Positions 52,563 through 62,574 of a stretch of 64,000 nucleotides of DNA are shown here, in pieces (within the stretch, counting starts at the first letter, position 1; each line of letters begins with the position of its first letter). The notes beneath the pieces were generated by a model, which saw nothing but the letters and a program-made list of their open reading frames with translations, did no database searches and was not told the origin of the DNA. Where the stretch lies: IMG/VR virus record IMGVR_UViG_3300031474_000004, positions 1 to 64,000 of that record, one strand, 5' to 3'. The position numbers and the translations under genes are program-made. This DNA is from an uncultured virus (IMG/VR IMGVR_UViG_3300031474_000004). Lineage: Duplodnaviria > Heunggongvirae > Uroviricota > Caudoviricetes.

Positions 52563-53536
52563 AAATCACACTCAATGAATTAAGGCGAATTATTCGTGAA
52601 GAAAGCTCTCGTGGATGGGGTTCGAAACGACGCAAAGGTAAGGATCCCGCACAGTACGATGCAAACCGTGAAATAAACCGCGATGCGGATTGGGCGGTGG
52701 ATCAGCTCAAATCAAAGGGTGGGATGTACGATGATTTGAATGATCGTGGTAATCAAAGAACGAGATTCAATAAATTGAGTCGTCAAGTCGATATGCCGTC
52801 ACATCCAAATCGGGGTCTTCCTGGCCACGATGATGGTTGCAAGAACTGCGGCATGAAAGTTTCATTGCTTCCCAATGGTAAATGTGAAGATTGCGATTTC
52901 ATGAACAATGAATCACGATCATGGGATGGTTACGAGCCTCGCTCATTATCAGATGGTGATGAAACATGCGAACTTTGTGGTTGCGAGGATGTTTCATTGA
53001 CACCCAACGGTTTATGTGATGATTGTGATGACGCTGAAAACGGTCTAACCGAGGCGAAAGAAACTGAGACGACAATTGAAGCCACCGAGGAAGAAATCGA
53101 CAAGCGAATCTCATCCATGGACGCTGATACGATTGTCGACAAGGATTACATCGATTCACATACGGGCGAAGTTTACCTTGAAATTGGTGATCGAGCGGGG
53201 GACTCTCAATTTCATCCTTCGTACGTTCCAAAAACGTATCGCGGCGAGAGCCCCGTCGATGTCTCATTTGATGATGATGATTTTCCCGATTACGAGGAAG
53301 AGGATCATGAATCGAACCTAGTATACGATACGTTCGTATCTCAGGTTGATAAGTTCGTTGCAGACCTTGATCTGTCAGAACACGGTGCTGGCCCGGAAGA
53401 TACTGCTCCCGAATACGCTCGTGTGTTCTTACACATGCATCCCGAATGGAATGATAACAAGAAGCTCGGAATGAGCAGGCGACAGATCATCGATTACATC
53501 GCTAACTTAGCATTCGAAAAGTATGGAAACCGCTGA
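52559..53536 (+). CDS. Putative internal head protein with two Zn ribbons
   Basis: MKITLNELRRIIREE; CKNCG..PNGKCEDC and CELCG..PNGLCDDC. Confidence 0.6.
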   Translation: MKITLNELRRIIREESSRGWGSKRRKGKDPAQYDANREINRDADWAVDQLKSKGGMYDDLNDRGNQRTRFNKLSRQVDMPSHPNRGLPGHDDGCKNCGMKVSLLPNGKCEDCDFMNNESRSWDGYEPRSLSDGDETCELCGCEDVSLTPNGLCDDCDDAENGLTEAKETETTIEATEEEIDKRISSMDADTIVDKDYIDSHTGEVYLEIGDRAGDSQFHPSYVPKTYRGESPVDVSFDDDDFPDYEEEDHESNLVYDTFVSQVDKFVADLDLSEHGAGPEDTAPEYARVFLHMHPEWNDNKKLGMSRRQIIDYIANLAFEKYGNR

Positions 53537-53580
53537 TACAAGGTCAGCGATAGAAAGATCACGTCTCGGGAGAGAATAAT

Positions 53581-53793
53581 ATGAAACTATCATTAAAACA
53601 ATTAAGAAACCTGATCAACGAAGAGATTAAATCAAAGAGCGGAGGGGTTCACCTTTCAACACTCGAATCAATCAATCCTCGTGCATACGAAGGATGGATT
53701 GAAATGCTCGTTGAAGATTGTAGTGATGAATTCATTGTTAACTCAAAGAAGGAAATTCGCGTCAAGACTCGTAATGGTGTTGGGAACCACTAA
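53581..53793 (+). CDS. Small protein with MKLSLKQLRNLINEE tag
   Basis: GGAG RBS; shared N-terminal motif. Confidence 0.55.
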   Translation: MKLSLKQLRNLINEEIKSKSGGVHLSTLESINPRAYEGWIEMLVEDCSDEFIVNSKKEIRVKTRNGVGNH

Positions 53794-53892
53794 AAGGTCA
53801 CGGAAATGAGAAACCTTAACGTCCAAGTAGATTGACATAAGATTTAGAACGATAAAGCAGTAAAAAGCTTCATCTCTTAATAGGGAAGCAAG

Positions 53893-56800
53893 ATGGCAAA
53901 CAAGCAATTAAAAGGATCAGAATCGCCCGAGAAGTTCTTTAAAAGAATGACTCGTATCTTCAAGAGCGGCGTTCAGGTCAAGCGAAAGATTCGTGCTCAA
54001 GATACCGCCGTCGTCGTTGCCGATAAGACGAAATCGTCTGGAACGTTGCTGTTTCAGAAGTCGTTCTCTCCAACGTACGCTTCAATCACGAGCAATGCTT
54101 ACAACATCGCTGAGCGTCAAGTTCGTTACCAGGATTTTCAGCAGATGGAACAGACTGCTGAGATCGCTGCTGCCTTGGATCTATGGGCGGATGAATCTTC
54201 AAGTCCTGATGAACACGGGCGAGCTTTGCACATCTTTTCTGACAACGAGAAGATCAAGCAGGTTCTTGATGACCTGTTCTACAATCGATTGAACATCGAA
54301 TTCAACCTTAGAAGTTGGGTTCGATCATGTTGCAAGTTCGGTGACTTTTTTCTATTGAATGACGTGCATCCTACTGAGGGTGTCGTTCATGCGTACCCAA
54401 TTCCAGTCAATGAGATCGAACGCGAGGAAGGGTACGACCGCGATGATCCAATGGCGGTTCGCTTTCGCTGGGTCTCGCTTGGTAATAGGATCCTACAGAA
54501 CTGGGAAGTATCTCATTTCAGGTTGCTAGGAAATGATTCGTTCCTGCCATATGGTTGCTCGGTCATTGAAGCAGCAAGACGTGTGTGGCGTCAATTGATC
54601 CTCATTGAGGATGCGATGCTTGTCTACCGTGTCACAAGGGCACCCGAACGTCGAGTGTTCTACATCGATGTCGGTAACCTCCCAGCGAACGACATTCCTG
54701 CGTACGTTGAAGCTCAAAAGCAAGCGCTTCGAATGAATCAGGTGCTTGATTCACAGACGAGCCGGGTTGATCTTCGTTATAATCCACTTCCAGTACATAA
54801 GGATACACCAATTCCATTACTTGATGGAACGACGTTGACGATTGAGAATCTTTCGAACAAAATGAAGGAGAATTCCAATTGGACACCTTGGGTTTACTCG
54901 ATACAAGACAAGTCGCTTCGTATTGTTCCAGGTAAGGTCACCTGGTGCGATAGGAATTACGTTGCGAAGAAGCTGGTGAAGGTTTGGCTTGACAACGATT
55001 CGTACGTTCTCACCGCTCCAGAACACCCATTTGTGCTGAGGGATGGATCAAGCAAGAGAGCTGATGAGTTGGTGGTGGGTCAGGCTTTGATGCCATTTTA
55101 CAGGGAACTAAGTGTTTTTAAGGAAAAAGTTGATGGTACAGATGATTTAGACGGATATGAAAAAATTTATGATCCAAAAAACTCAAAGATTCGTTTATAC
55201 ACACCGTCGTGTTGCTGAAATTTTATCTCAACCAATAACCTTACCCGAAGGAAATAATAATTGGGTAACTCATCATGTTGATTTTAACAGGTTAAATAAC
55301 GATCCTTCGAATTTATTGAGAATGGGAAATGTAGATCACTGGTATTTACATGCGTCTGAAATTACACGATACAATAAATCTGATCTTAAGAAAGAACGAA
55401 CATCAAAGAACAACATTGAACGAAATTCAGTTGGTGCCATGTCTTGGTACAACGGTTCGGATCTTCACAAGTCTCATAATGAGAATCGTAAGATCGGTCA
55501 ATTGAAAGATTGGGGAGATCAAGAAAAGAAAACTCAACGAAAGTTGAACATGCAATGGAAAATTCCGAACGAGATGATCGAGAAGATCAGTGATCTCATT
55601 CGAAAGGATCCAAAAATTTCTCGGGTTAAAATTCACGAAGAGATCAAGAATGATCAAGAATTGATGAACGCATTGATGTCGATTCAAACGCCTGCAAGAG
55701 ATGTTTCAAAGTTCAGTTATCAAGGCTGGATGTGCGAATTTCAACGAAGAGGTCAAGGTAATGGATTTACTCAAATTCGTGAAGCTGTGTTGAATTACAA
55801 GAATCACAAGGTTTCTAAGATTGAATTCTTGGACGTTGACGGCGAAGACGTCTATTGCATGACCGTTGTTGGTTCCGCCGGTGAAGACGATAGACACAAT
55901 TTTATGGTCCTCGGGTTGAATGAGGATGGATCTCAATCAGATTCTGGTGTTTCATTATGGAACAGTGTAGACGAAGATTATTTCATTCCTATTCGTGGAA
56001 GCGACACAGGTACCAAGATCGACACACTCGCTGCGGGGCAGAATACAGGAACCGTTGAAGACGTTGCTTACATTCAAAAGAAACTGTTCGCAGCCCTCAA
56101 GATTCCAAAGGCTTACCTTGGTTACGAAGAAGGTCTGAGTTCTAAGAGCACGTTGGCACAGATGGACATTCGATTCTCTCGTTCAGTCTCCGTAATTCAA
56201 CGCACATTCATTGCGGAACTGAATAAACTCGCAATCATTCACTTGTTCACGCTCGGATTTCAGAACGAGGATCTTGCTAACTTCACGTTGCACTTGTCTA
56301 ATCCGTCAACCGTCGCGGAGCAACAAAAGCTCGAACTTTGGCGGACCAGATTCGAAATTGGGGGTTCGTTACCCGAAGGTATGGGAACGAAGCAATTCGT
56401 TTACAAGACAATCTGGGGTCTCAATGACGATGAGATCGACCAGATCAACAACGACCGTGTCAAGGAAACCCTTGTGGATGCCACAATCGCTGCGATGGCA
56501 GAAGGTGGAGAAGCTTCCGGCCCCGGAGGCGGTGGAGGTGGTGGCGGGGGAGCACCTGCAGGTGGAGGATTCGATCTTGATGCCGGTGGCGAGGATGAGG
56601 ACATCTTTAGCGATGACGATGCAGGTGGAAGCGCGGATGATTCTGGTGGTGAGGATGAGATCCCTGACGAGGAGAACGCAGGTCCCGAACCTCTCGAGGA
56701 TGAGGATCCCGATTTGGAATTATTGACATCGAGCGATGATCAGGATGATCCCGAGACGTTCAAGATTCCTTCAATGAGGGATTCACCCGTGAAGGTTGCA

Positions 56801-57193
56801 AAGCAACTGCAGAAATCGCTTTACAACAGATCACGTCATCGTACACATGGTCCATCAAAGACTCACATGCCCGACTTTCTAGGCATGGTGAACAACAAAC
56901 GTCGCGAAGATACAATGAACGACCCGTACGATACGAATGCAATGAAGGCACTTATCACGAATCCGTTCGGTGAATCAATTCGCAGGCCAAATGCGATATT
57001 GACGAATGATATCATGAGTGCGTTGAACAACATGAAACGTGAACACGATTCCGATCGTGTCGCAAAAGGTGGTACGTTGTTGTTGAATGAAGGTGATGAA
57101 GGTGTCGAAATTGAACTTGACGACTCGACGTCTGATGACGATGAACTATCGTTGCAAGAACAAGTATTCCATAATGAAAGAGAAGAAGAATAA
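53893..57193 (+). CDS. Portal protein (T4 gp20-like) containing an intein; +1 A indel at 55176-55181
   Basis: EIAAALD, HFRL, PYG.S..E.AR..W.QL...EDA..YR..RAPERRVFYIDVGN, YNPL|SVDEDYFIP, ALKIPK. Confidence 0.92.
54790..55963 (+). mobile_element. Intein with HNH endonuclease in the portal
   Basis: Block A PVHKDTPIPLLDG, block B TAPEHPF, HNH (YTHRRVA...HHVDFNRLNNDPSNL), block F DVYCMTV..HNF, ends WN|S; removal restores RYNPLSVDEDYFIP. Confidence 0.88.
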
Positions 57194-57195
57194 TT

Positions 57196-58071
57196 ATGAG
57201 CAACGTCATGACATCGTCAAAACATAACAAGCGCAGAAACGTTCTTCTCGTATACGAGTTCCTGACTCGCCACGTCTCAGCGGGTCTTGTCGAAGGCAAC
57301 AATGCTAAGTCTTCCAAGGCATTAAAAATACTGAAAAAGTCATTCAAACAAGGAACCGAACTTTACAATGAGTTCAGGGTGATGAATGCTCTTGCTAAGA
57401 CAACCGTCACATCAGAGGCTGTTGCCTGCTCGATCATGAATGAAGCAAAAGTTGCTGTGAAAAAACACGATGTCGCAAAGCTCGACCGCGAAAAGTCTCA
57501 CCTGATCAGGAACATCAACCACTCGTTGAACGATGCAACGTTCTTTGATCAACACGTTAGCGAGTACAAGACGTACGCGACGATGCAGGTACTCTTTAAC
57601 GAGTGGCGAAACAAGAATCCCGACATTGCGACGCTTGCGTCCCACGAGGATTCACTTGTCAAATGGTTGACGAAAGAGAAAACTGAGACGGGCGAATCAA
57701 CGCTTTCCGAGAATTCACCCGGTACGAATCGTTTGCTGATGAAGATCATGATGACAAAGCTGAACGAGAAGTACTCTGGAACGTTATCGTCCGAGCAAAA
57801 GGATCTAATTCGCGATTACGTTTGGTCAACATCAACGGATGATCCAGAACGCATTCGTGTCAAGCTAAACGAGGTGAAGTCGCAACTATCAACGTCAATC
57901 GGTGCTTGCATCTCCGAGAATTCCGGTAACGAGCACATGTTGAATCAATTGAACGATGTTCGAACGAAACTGATCAATGAGGATGTTTCTGAGATCAACG
58001 ATGGTATCGTGACTCGATTCATGCAATACCTGAAACTCAATGATGAGTTTAACACAAAGGACGAAAAATGA
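57196..58071 (+). CDS. Head-morphogenesis-region protein
   Basis: KHNKRRN..LVYEFL, LNEKY..L..EQK; lies between portal and protease. Confidence 0.7.
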   Translation: MSNVMTSSKHNKRRNVLLVYEFLTRHVSAGLVEGNNAKSSKALKILKKSFKQGTELYNEFRVMNALAKTTVTSEAVACSIMNEAKVAVKKHDVAKLDREKSHLIRNINHSLNDATFFDQHVSEYKTYATMQVLFNEWRNKNPDIATLASHEDSLVKWLTKEKTETGESTLSENSPGTNRLLMKIMMTKLNEKYSGTLSSEQKDLIRDYVWSTSTDDPERIRVKLNEVKSQLSTSIGACISENSGNEHMLNQLNDVRTKLINEDVSEINDGIVTRFMQYLKLNDEFNTKDEK

Positions 58072-58304
58072 AGATTGAACAATTAAGACGTCAGATTCGT
58101 AAAATCATCATCACTGAGGATCATCGTTCCGCCGCAACGGTTCCTCCAAAGTTTGCAAGCAGCGAGCTCGACGATGATGCTCCCGGAAGTCGACCTGAAC
58201 TCGATCGTGAGGAACTCCTGAGAAAAGCAAAGAAATGCCGGACAGAGGCAAAACGGTTACTCGCTCAGGCTGAAGAATACGAACATCTCGCGAAGAAGGC
58301 TTGA
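58068..58304 (+). CDS. Small protein with LRRQIRKIIITE tag
   Basis: ATGA coupling; motif. Confidence 0.55.
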   Translation: MKIEQLRRQIRKIIITEDHRSAATVPPKFASSELDDDAPGSRPELDREELLRKAKKCRTEAKRLLAQAEEYEHLAKKA

Positions 58305-58311
58305 TAAGACA

Positions 58312-58710
58312 ATGAACGGATCGAATCTTTTGCGTAAATTCATTTGTGAAGCAATCAGCGACAGCGTTCGTGAACGTGCGAACGGATTCATTGACGAGGC
58401 TGTTCAACTTTCGAACGACATCGCGGAAGGTGACAAACATTCTATCAAGCAACTTCAGCACGTTGCAAAGGAAATGGAAAGCTTGACGAGCTTTTTCAAG
58501 CGAAACGATGAATTGATGAACACGGCATTCAATCGTTTGCTCGAACAGGTGAACAAGATGGTGAAGATGACGAGCTTTTGGAATCGTCCACTTGCGATTG
58601 GAAAGCAAGCGTACTTTGAGAAGTTGAACGATCAAGCTGCGAACATCGAACACGAAGCATCGATCACGAAACATTTAATGGAGAAGGTGAAGAAACACAA
58701 GGTCTGGTGA
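58312..58710 (+). CDS. Protein with LLRKFICE tag
   Basis: 132-aa helical ORF. Confidence 0.55.
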   Translation: MNGSNLLRKFICEAISDSVRERANGFIDEAVQLSNDIAEGDKHSIKQLQHVAKEMESLTSFFKRNDELMNTAFNRLLEQVNKMVKMTSFWNRPLAIGKQAYFEKLNDQAANIEHEASITKHLMEKVKKHKVW

Positions 58711-58755
58711 AACTCACAATGATTGATGTGCATCGTTAAATTTTCGTTTCGTACA

Positions 58756-58761
58756 TAATTA
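58756..58761 (+). promoter_or_regulatory. Putative late-promoter motif TAnTTA (example)
   Basis: TAATTA 6 nt before the protease start; same motif precedes many structural genes. Confidence 0.5.
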
Positions 58762-58767
58762 CTTGTT

Positions 58768-59370
58768 ATGAACGAGCAACGGATCATCACATCATACGAG
58801 GATTTCACCCCCGAAGTTATCACAGAAGCCATTACGGGAACTGATAGAAAAAAGATGATTCTTAAGGGAATTCTTCAGCGTTCGGATAGTGTCAACCAGA
58901 ACGGCAGGATCTATACGAGAGCGATACTTGAGCGCGAGATCAGGAATTACCAGAAGTTCATTCTTGAAAATCGAGCATTGGGAGAACTTGATCATCCGTC
59001 CGAAAGTGTTGTTGAACTTAAGAATGTTTCGCACATCGTGCGTAAAGCTGAGATGGATGACAAGGGAGTCGTTACCGGTTTGATTGAATTGTTAGACACC
59101 CCTTGCGGGAAGATTGCACAGAGCTTGGTCGAAAGCGGTGTAAAAATTGGCATCTCATCACGTGGAGTGGGGTCAACAACAAAGAAAGGGGACTATCAAG
59201 AGGTCTCTTCCGACTACATTCTCATATGTTTTGACCTCGTCGTAGACCCAAGTACCCCCAATGCGTTCATGATCCCAGAAGGTAGAAAAATTTCTACAAA
59301 GGAATATGAAAAAATTCTAACTCGTTCTGATCGCCTCTCTAGGCTGATGAACGAGATTCTGATCAAGTGA
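58768..59370 (+). CDS. Prohead protease (T4 gp21-like)
   Basis: NQNGRIY, GELDHP, VSH, TPCG, GISSRGVGS, DLVVDPS. Confidence 0.93.
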   Translation: MNEQRIITSYEDFTPEVITEAITGTDRKKMILKGILQRSDSVNQNGRIYTRAILEREIRNYQKFILENRALGELDHPSESVVELKNVSHIVRKAEMDDKGVVTGLIELLDTPCGKIAQSLVESGVKIGISSRGVGSTTKKGDYQEVSSDYILICFDLVVDPSTPNAFMIPEGRKISTKEYEKILTRSDRLSRLMNEILIK

Positions 59371-59833
59371 TCGAAGTGAGATTCACGCTATCTGATGTTT
59401 CGACGTTGACGTCGAATGAATTCTCGTTCACCTGATTGGGGGAAATTAGTACACTCTCAAAGAACGTTCGTGTGCATTACGGAATGCGTGAGTTGCATTC
59501 CTTCGCCTTTCGTCGCTTGATGACGATTGGTGATTCCTTCACGTCAATGACGTGTGAGCTGATTCTGAACGAGGTTCGATTCGTTGAAGCTTGAAAACAT
59601 TCGTGCTTCGCATCACATGTGCAACGAATGTACGATCCCTGATAAGAAACACGATCGAATCCATCGCCATCAGTCGACATTCCAATTCGAGACGTCCATT
59701 CGAGCTTTCCACCTAATCCGCAATGAGGATTGAACGATTCGGAACGAGCTAGTATGTCGTACAAATCGAACGTTCGTGCTGTAGTATTACGCGTTTTGAA
59801 TGCCATGAAAAGCTCATTGTAACATGAAATCTT

Positions 59834-60049
59834 TCAAAGAACATGAAAGAACGTTGCATCTTGAAACGCGTAAATACTAACCGTTAGTACCCTGTTTTTC
59901 TTGTACACCGTCACGTATTCATTGACATGAGCAATGACTGTGAACATATCATGAAGCGCGAACATCTCGTAATCACTGATGGAGGATGACCATATCTGAA
60001 TTTTTCTCAGAACGTAGTACATCTCGCCAGGCAAGAGCTTGTTCAACAA
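59834..60049 (-). CDS. Small LxPGE-motif protein
   Basis: MLNKLLPGEMY...TVIA. Confidence 0.55.
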   Translation of the reverse strand: MLNKLLPGEMYYVLRKIQIWSSSISDYEMFALHDMFTVIAHVNEYVTVYKKNRVLTVSIYAFQDATFFHVL

Positions 60050-60055
60050 AGATTG

Positions 60056-60565
60056 TCACACGTGCAGGATCGTGAACGGCGGACGAACTGCCGCGTTGTT
60101 GATACATGAAACTTCAAGTGCCTGTTTAATTCTTGCCTCAGCATTCTTGATGCTTCCGTTCGAATGCATCGCACCCATTGCAAGATCTGCACCGGATCCC
60201 ATTGCATCGAAACCTTCTCGTGCTTCAGCAACTTGGTAATCCCCGTGAATTCCGAACAACTTTCCAGCGTGACCGACGAGAATGTCGGGCTGGAGATTAT
60301 CTTCCTTCAAGCAGGAACGTACGGAATCTACGAATTCGTTCACCAAGTACGTTGAAAGGTTACCTCCCTTGAACTTCGGAATCACCAATCGGTGTTGGAT
60401 CAACTGACCCATCCTGAAGCTACCGCAGAATCCAAAAATGAAGCCATCACGAACGAACACCTTCTTGTCATTTCGTGAGCGTTGTAGCATGTTGGAACTC
60501 GTTCCAGCACTGTCGCCACCAATGAAAACTTTACCCTTGCTTTCGAGCCCAATGATACAAGTCAT
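60056..60565 (-). CDS. HslV/proteasome-beta-like Ntn peptidase
   Basis: N-terminal (M)TCIIG, GGDS, KK, GFCGS, AMGSG..LAMGA. Confidence 0.8.
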   Translation of the reverse strand: MTCIIGLESKGKVFIGGDSAGTSSNMLQRSRNDKKVFVRDGFIFGFCGSFRMGQLIQHRLVIPKFKGGNLSTYLVNEFVDSVRSCLKEDNLQPDILVGHAGKLFGIHGDYQVAEAREGFDAMGSGADLAMGAMHSNGSIKNAEARIKQALEVSCINNAAVRPPFTILHV

Positions 60566-60580
60566 GCTAGTATGATACCA

Positions 60581-60817
60581 CTATTTCTTTTGACGTATCA
60601 CGAACGTTGCCCCGTCAATTTTATCCCGTTCGTTGTAGCAAATTTTTCTCGTACAGGTGGGATGGTTGTTCATGAAGTTGATGTGAAGATCGTAACCAGT
60701 ACCGAGCTTACCGGTTGCATTCGTAATTACGACACTTAAAACCAACGATTGGTTACCGTGAACGACCCTTGAGACTAGCAAATCTCCGGGATAAAGGTGT
60801 GAATAAAGCATTGTCAA
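60581..60817 (-). CDS. Small LxPGD-motif protein
   Basis: YSHLYPGDLLV...LVLSV. Confidence 0.55.
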   Translation of the reverse strand: MTMLYSHLYPGDLLVSRVVHGNQSLVLSVVITNATGKLGTGYDLHINFMNNHPTCTRKICYNERDKIDGATFVIRQKK

Positions 60818-62502
60818 ATATAAGAAAAGAAAGAGTTTTCGTACCCGTTAATTCGTGTGAAACCATCTGCTGCGGCGAGCTCGTTCTCATTTAATCCAAG
60901 TTCTTTGTTGTTTTTGAACGTTTGACGGTCGTAACGTTTACACATATCTGTCCACCAGTAACGCATCACAGTTTGACGTTCGTATCTCCAACCTGATAAT
61001 TTGTATCCCCTGCCATCACCGATCCGGTTATCGACGTATGTTACCAATCCAGGTTTCATGGATGTTTTAGCGATTTTCAACGCTTCTTTTGTTAATTTAC
61101 CCAACCAACCATGAACCTTGATGTTACATTTACATGCCGCTCTTGCGACCTCGAATCGGGATTCATTCGATCTTGATGCATTACGAGGTATTCTCAATGT
61201 CATGACGGCAATAAGTTCATCATTGAACTTCAATCCAATACACTTTGATGATTGAACGTGTCCCTCTAGGTGGTTATTTACCAGGAATGATTTCGATTGT
61301 GCATTATCGATCTCAACAAGTTCGCATTTTCTTGCATGTATCGTTCTGTCAAACACATTCAATCGTTGTTTGATCATTGATTCAACTATTTTTCGTTTTT
61401 GTAACCATTCATCTTCAAATATCGAAAAGAGACGAATTCCAACTTGTTTAGCAAGCAACGACTTCTTAACGTGGTAACGAGGATCTTTCAGCACGGCGGT
61501 TGAATGCCAATAAAGTCCATTGTATTCAATACCAAATTTCATTGACGGAACGTAGATATCGACCTCTTGAGGGAACAAGATAGTTCTATCTCCGGATACA
61601 ACATCACCCACGTTAAGCGATTTGACGAAATCAAGAACTTCTAGTTGACCAATTGATCCTTTGGGATGACATGTATTACAAATCGGTCGTCCCCTGAATT
61701 GCATCAACGTTCTTTGTGCGGTGATACCGCAAGTCTTACACTTGATATCAAGTTGATTGTACTTGTTTCGATATAAGTTCGGGTCGGTCAAAAGATCGAA
61801 CTTTCCTTTTGAGCTGTCTTCGAACACATTGATCAATTGATCAGGCTTGAAACGTTTTGCGGACGAATTCATGTTTGTTTTGACTGTGTGAGATATGTTT
61901 CTACCCAACAAACGTACACTTTCATTCGTATCCTTTGTTTGCCCCTTGATCCAAGCAATTTTTTCACCCGAAGCGAACTTTCGTTTCTTTGTTTCTGATG
62001 ATTTCTTCAAACTTTCATGAGTATCTTTCGTTTGACCTTTTTGCCAGTACTCATAAGTTCCCGCTTCGTGTCCAATTGTCAACGTTTTTCCAATACGTTC
62101 AGACATTTCTGCAACACGAATGTCAGTTTCTTTCGTCAAACCATCATTCCATACCTTGTATTTACCAGAACGATAACCATCAGTACGTTTTTGAGCGAAT
62201 TCTGCTTGTCGATCCGGATCGTTGTAGATTGAATCAATCACGGCGTTATGACCCCGGACGAATTTCACGGGATAACCAACCTTCCAACCGTACCATTTAA
62301 CGGGCTCACTGCATTTTCCACATTTACAAACGGGGGTGATTCCGCAGTGATAGATTTTGTCGAACAATGCTTGATGGTTGGTACAGGAATGTGTGGACGA
62401 CAAATGCTCAAGAAATTTCTTCTCTTGAGCAAAGTCTTTATCACAGTTCGGACATGAAATTCGTTTGAATTTCTTTTTTTCAGGTATTACTTCCTCACTC
62501 AT
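60814..62502 (-). CDS. Putative homing endonuclease (C2H2, CxCG, WNxGLTKET repeats, Vsr-like nuclease, Hef-like C-terminus)
   Basis: CPNC..H..H, CKCG, WNDGLTKET-type repeats x3, VDIY...IEYNGLYWH, FEDEW, ARKC...NHLEG. Confidence 0.75.
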   Translation of the reverse strand: MSEEVIPEKKKFKRISCPNCDKDFAQEKKFLEHLSSTHSCTNHQALFDKIYHCGITPVCKCGKCSEPVKWYGWKVGYPVKFVRGHNAVIDSIYNDPDRQAEFAQKRTDGYRSGKYKVWNDGLTKETDIRVAEMSERIGKTLTIGHEAGTYEYWQKGQTKDTHESLKKSSETKKRKFASGEKIAWIKGQTKDTNESVRLLGRNISHTVKTNMNSSAKRFKPDQLINVFEDSSKGKFDLLTDPNLYRNKYNQLDIKCKTCGITAQRTLMQFRGRPICNTCHPKGSIGQLEVLDFVKSLNVGDVVSGDRTILFPQEVDIYVPSMKFGIEYNGLYWHSTAVLKDPRYHVKKSLLAKQVGIRLFSIFEDEWLQKRKIVESMIKQRLNVFDRTIHARKCELVEIDNAQSKSFLVNNHLEGHVQSSKCIGLKFNDELIAVMTLRIPRNASRSNESRFEVARAACKCNIKVHGWLGKLTKEALKIAKTSMKPGLVTYVDNRIGDGRGYKLSGWRYERQTVMRYWWTDMCKRYDRQTFKNNKELGLNENELAAADGFTRINGYENSFFSYI

Positions 62503-62574
62503 GAAGAAATAATAATTATTAATTACGTAGCGTACAACTCTAGAGTTCCAATAACCATAAGTGGTTGAAATTGT

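Noticed and set aside
59376..59806. Possible + ORF with internal TGA (59376-59594) versus - ORF 59477-59806
   Set aside because: Neither has recognisable motifs; cannot decide which, if either, is real
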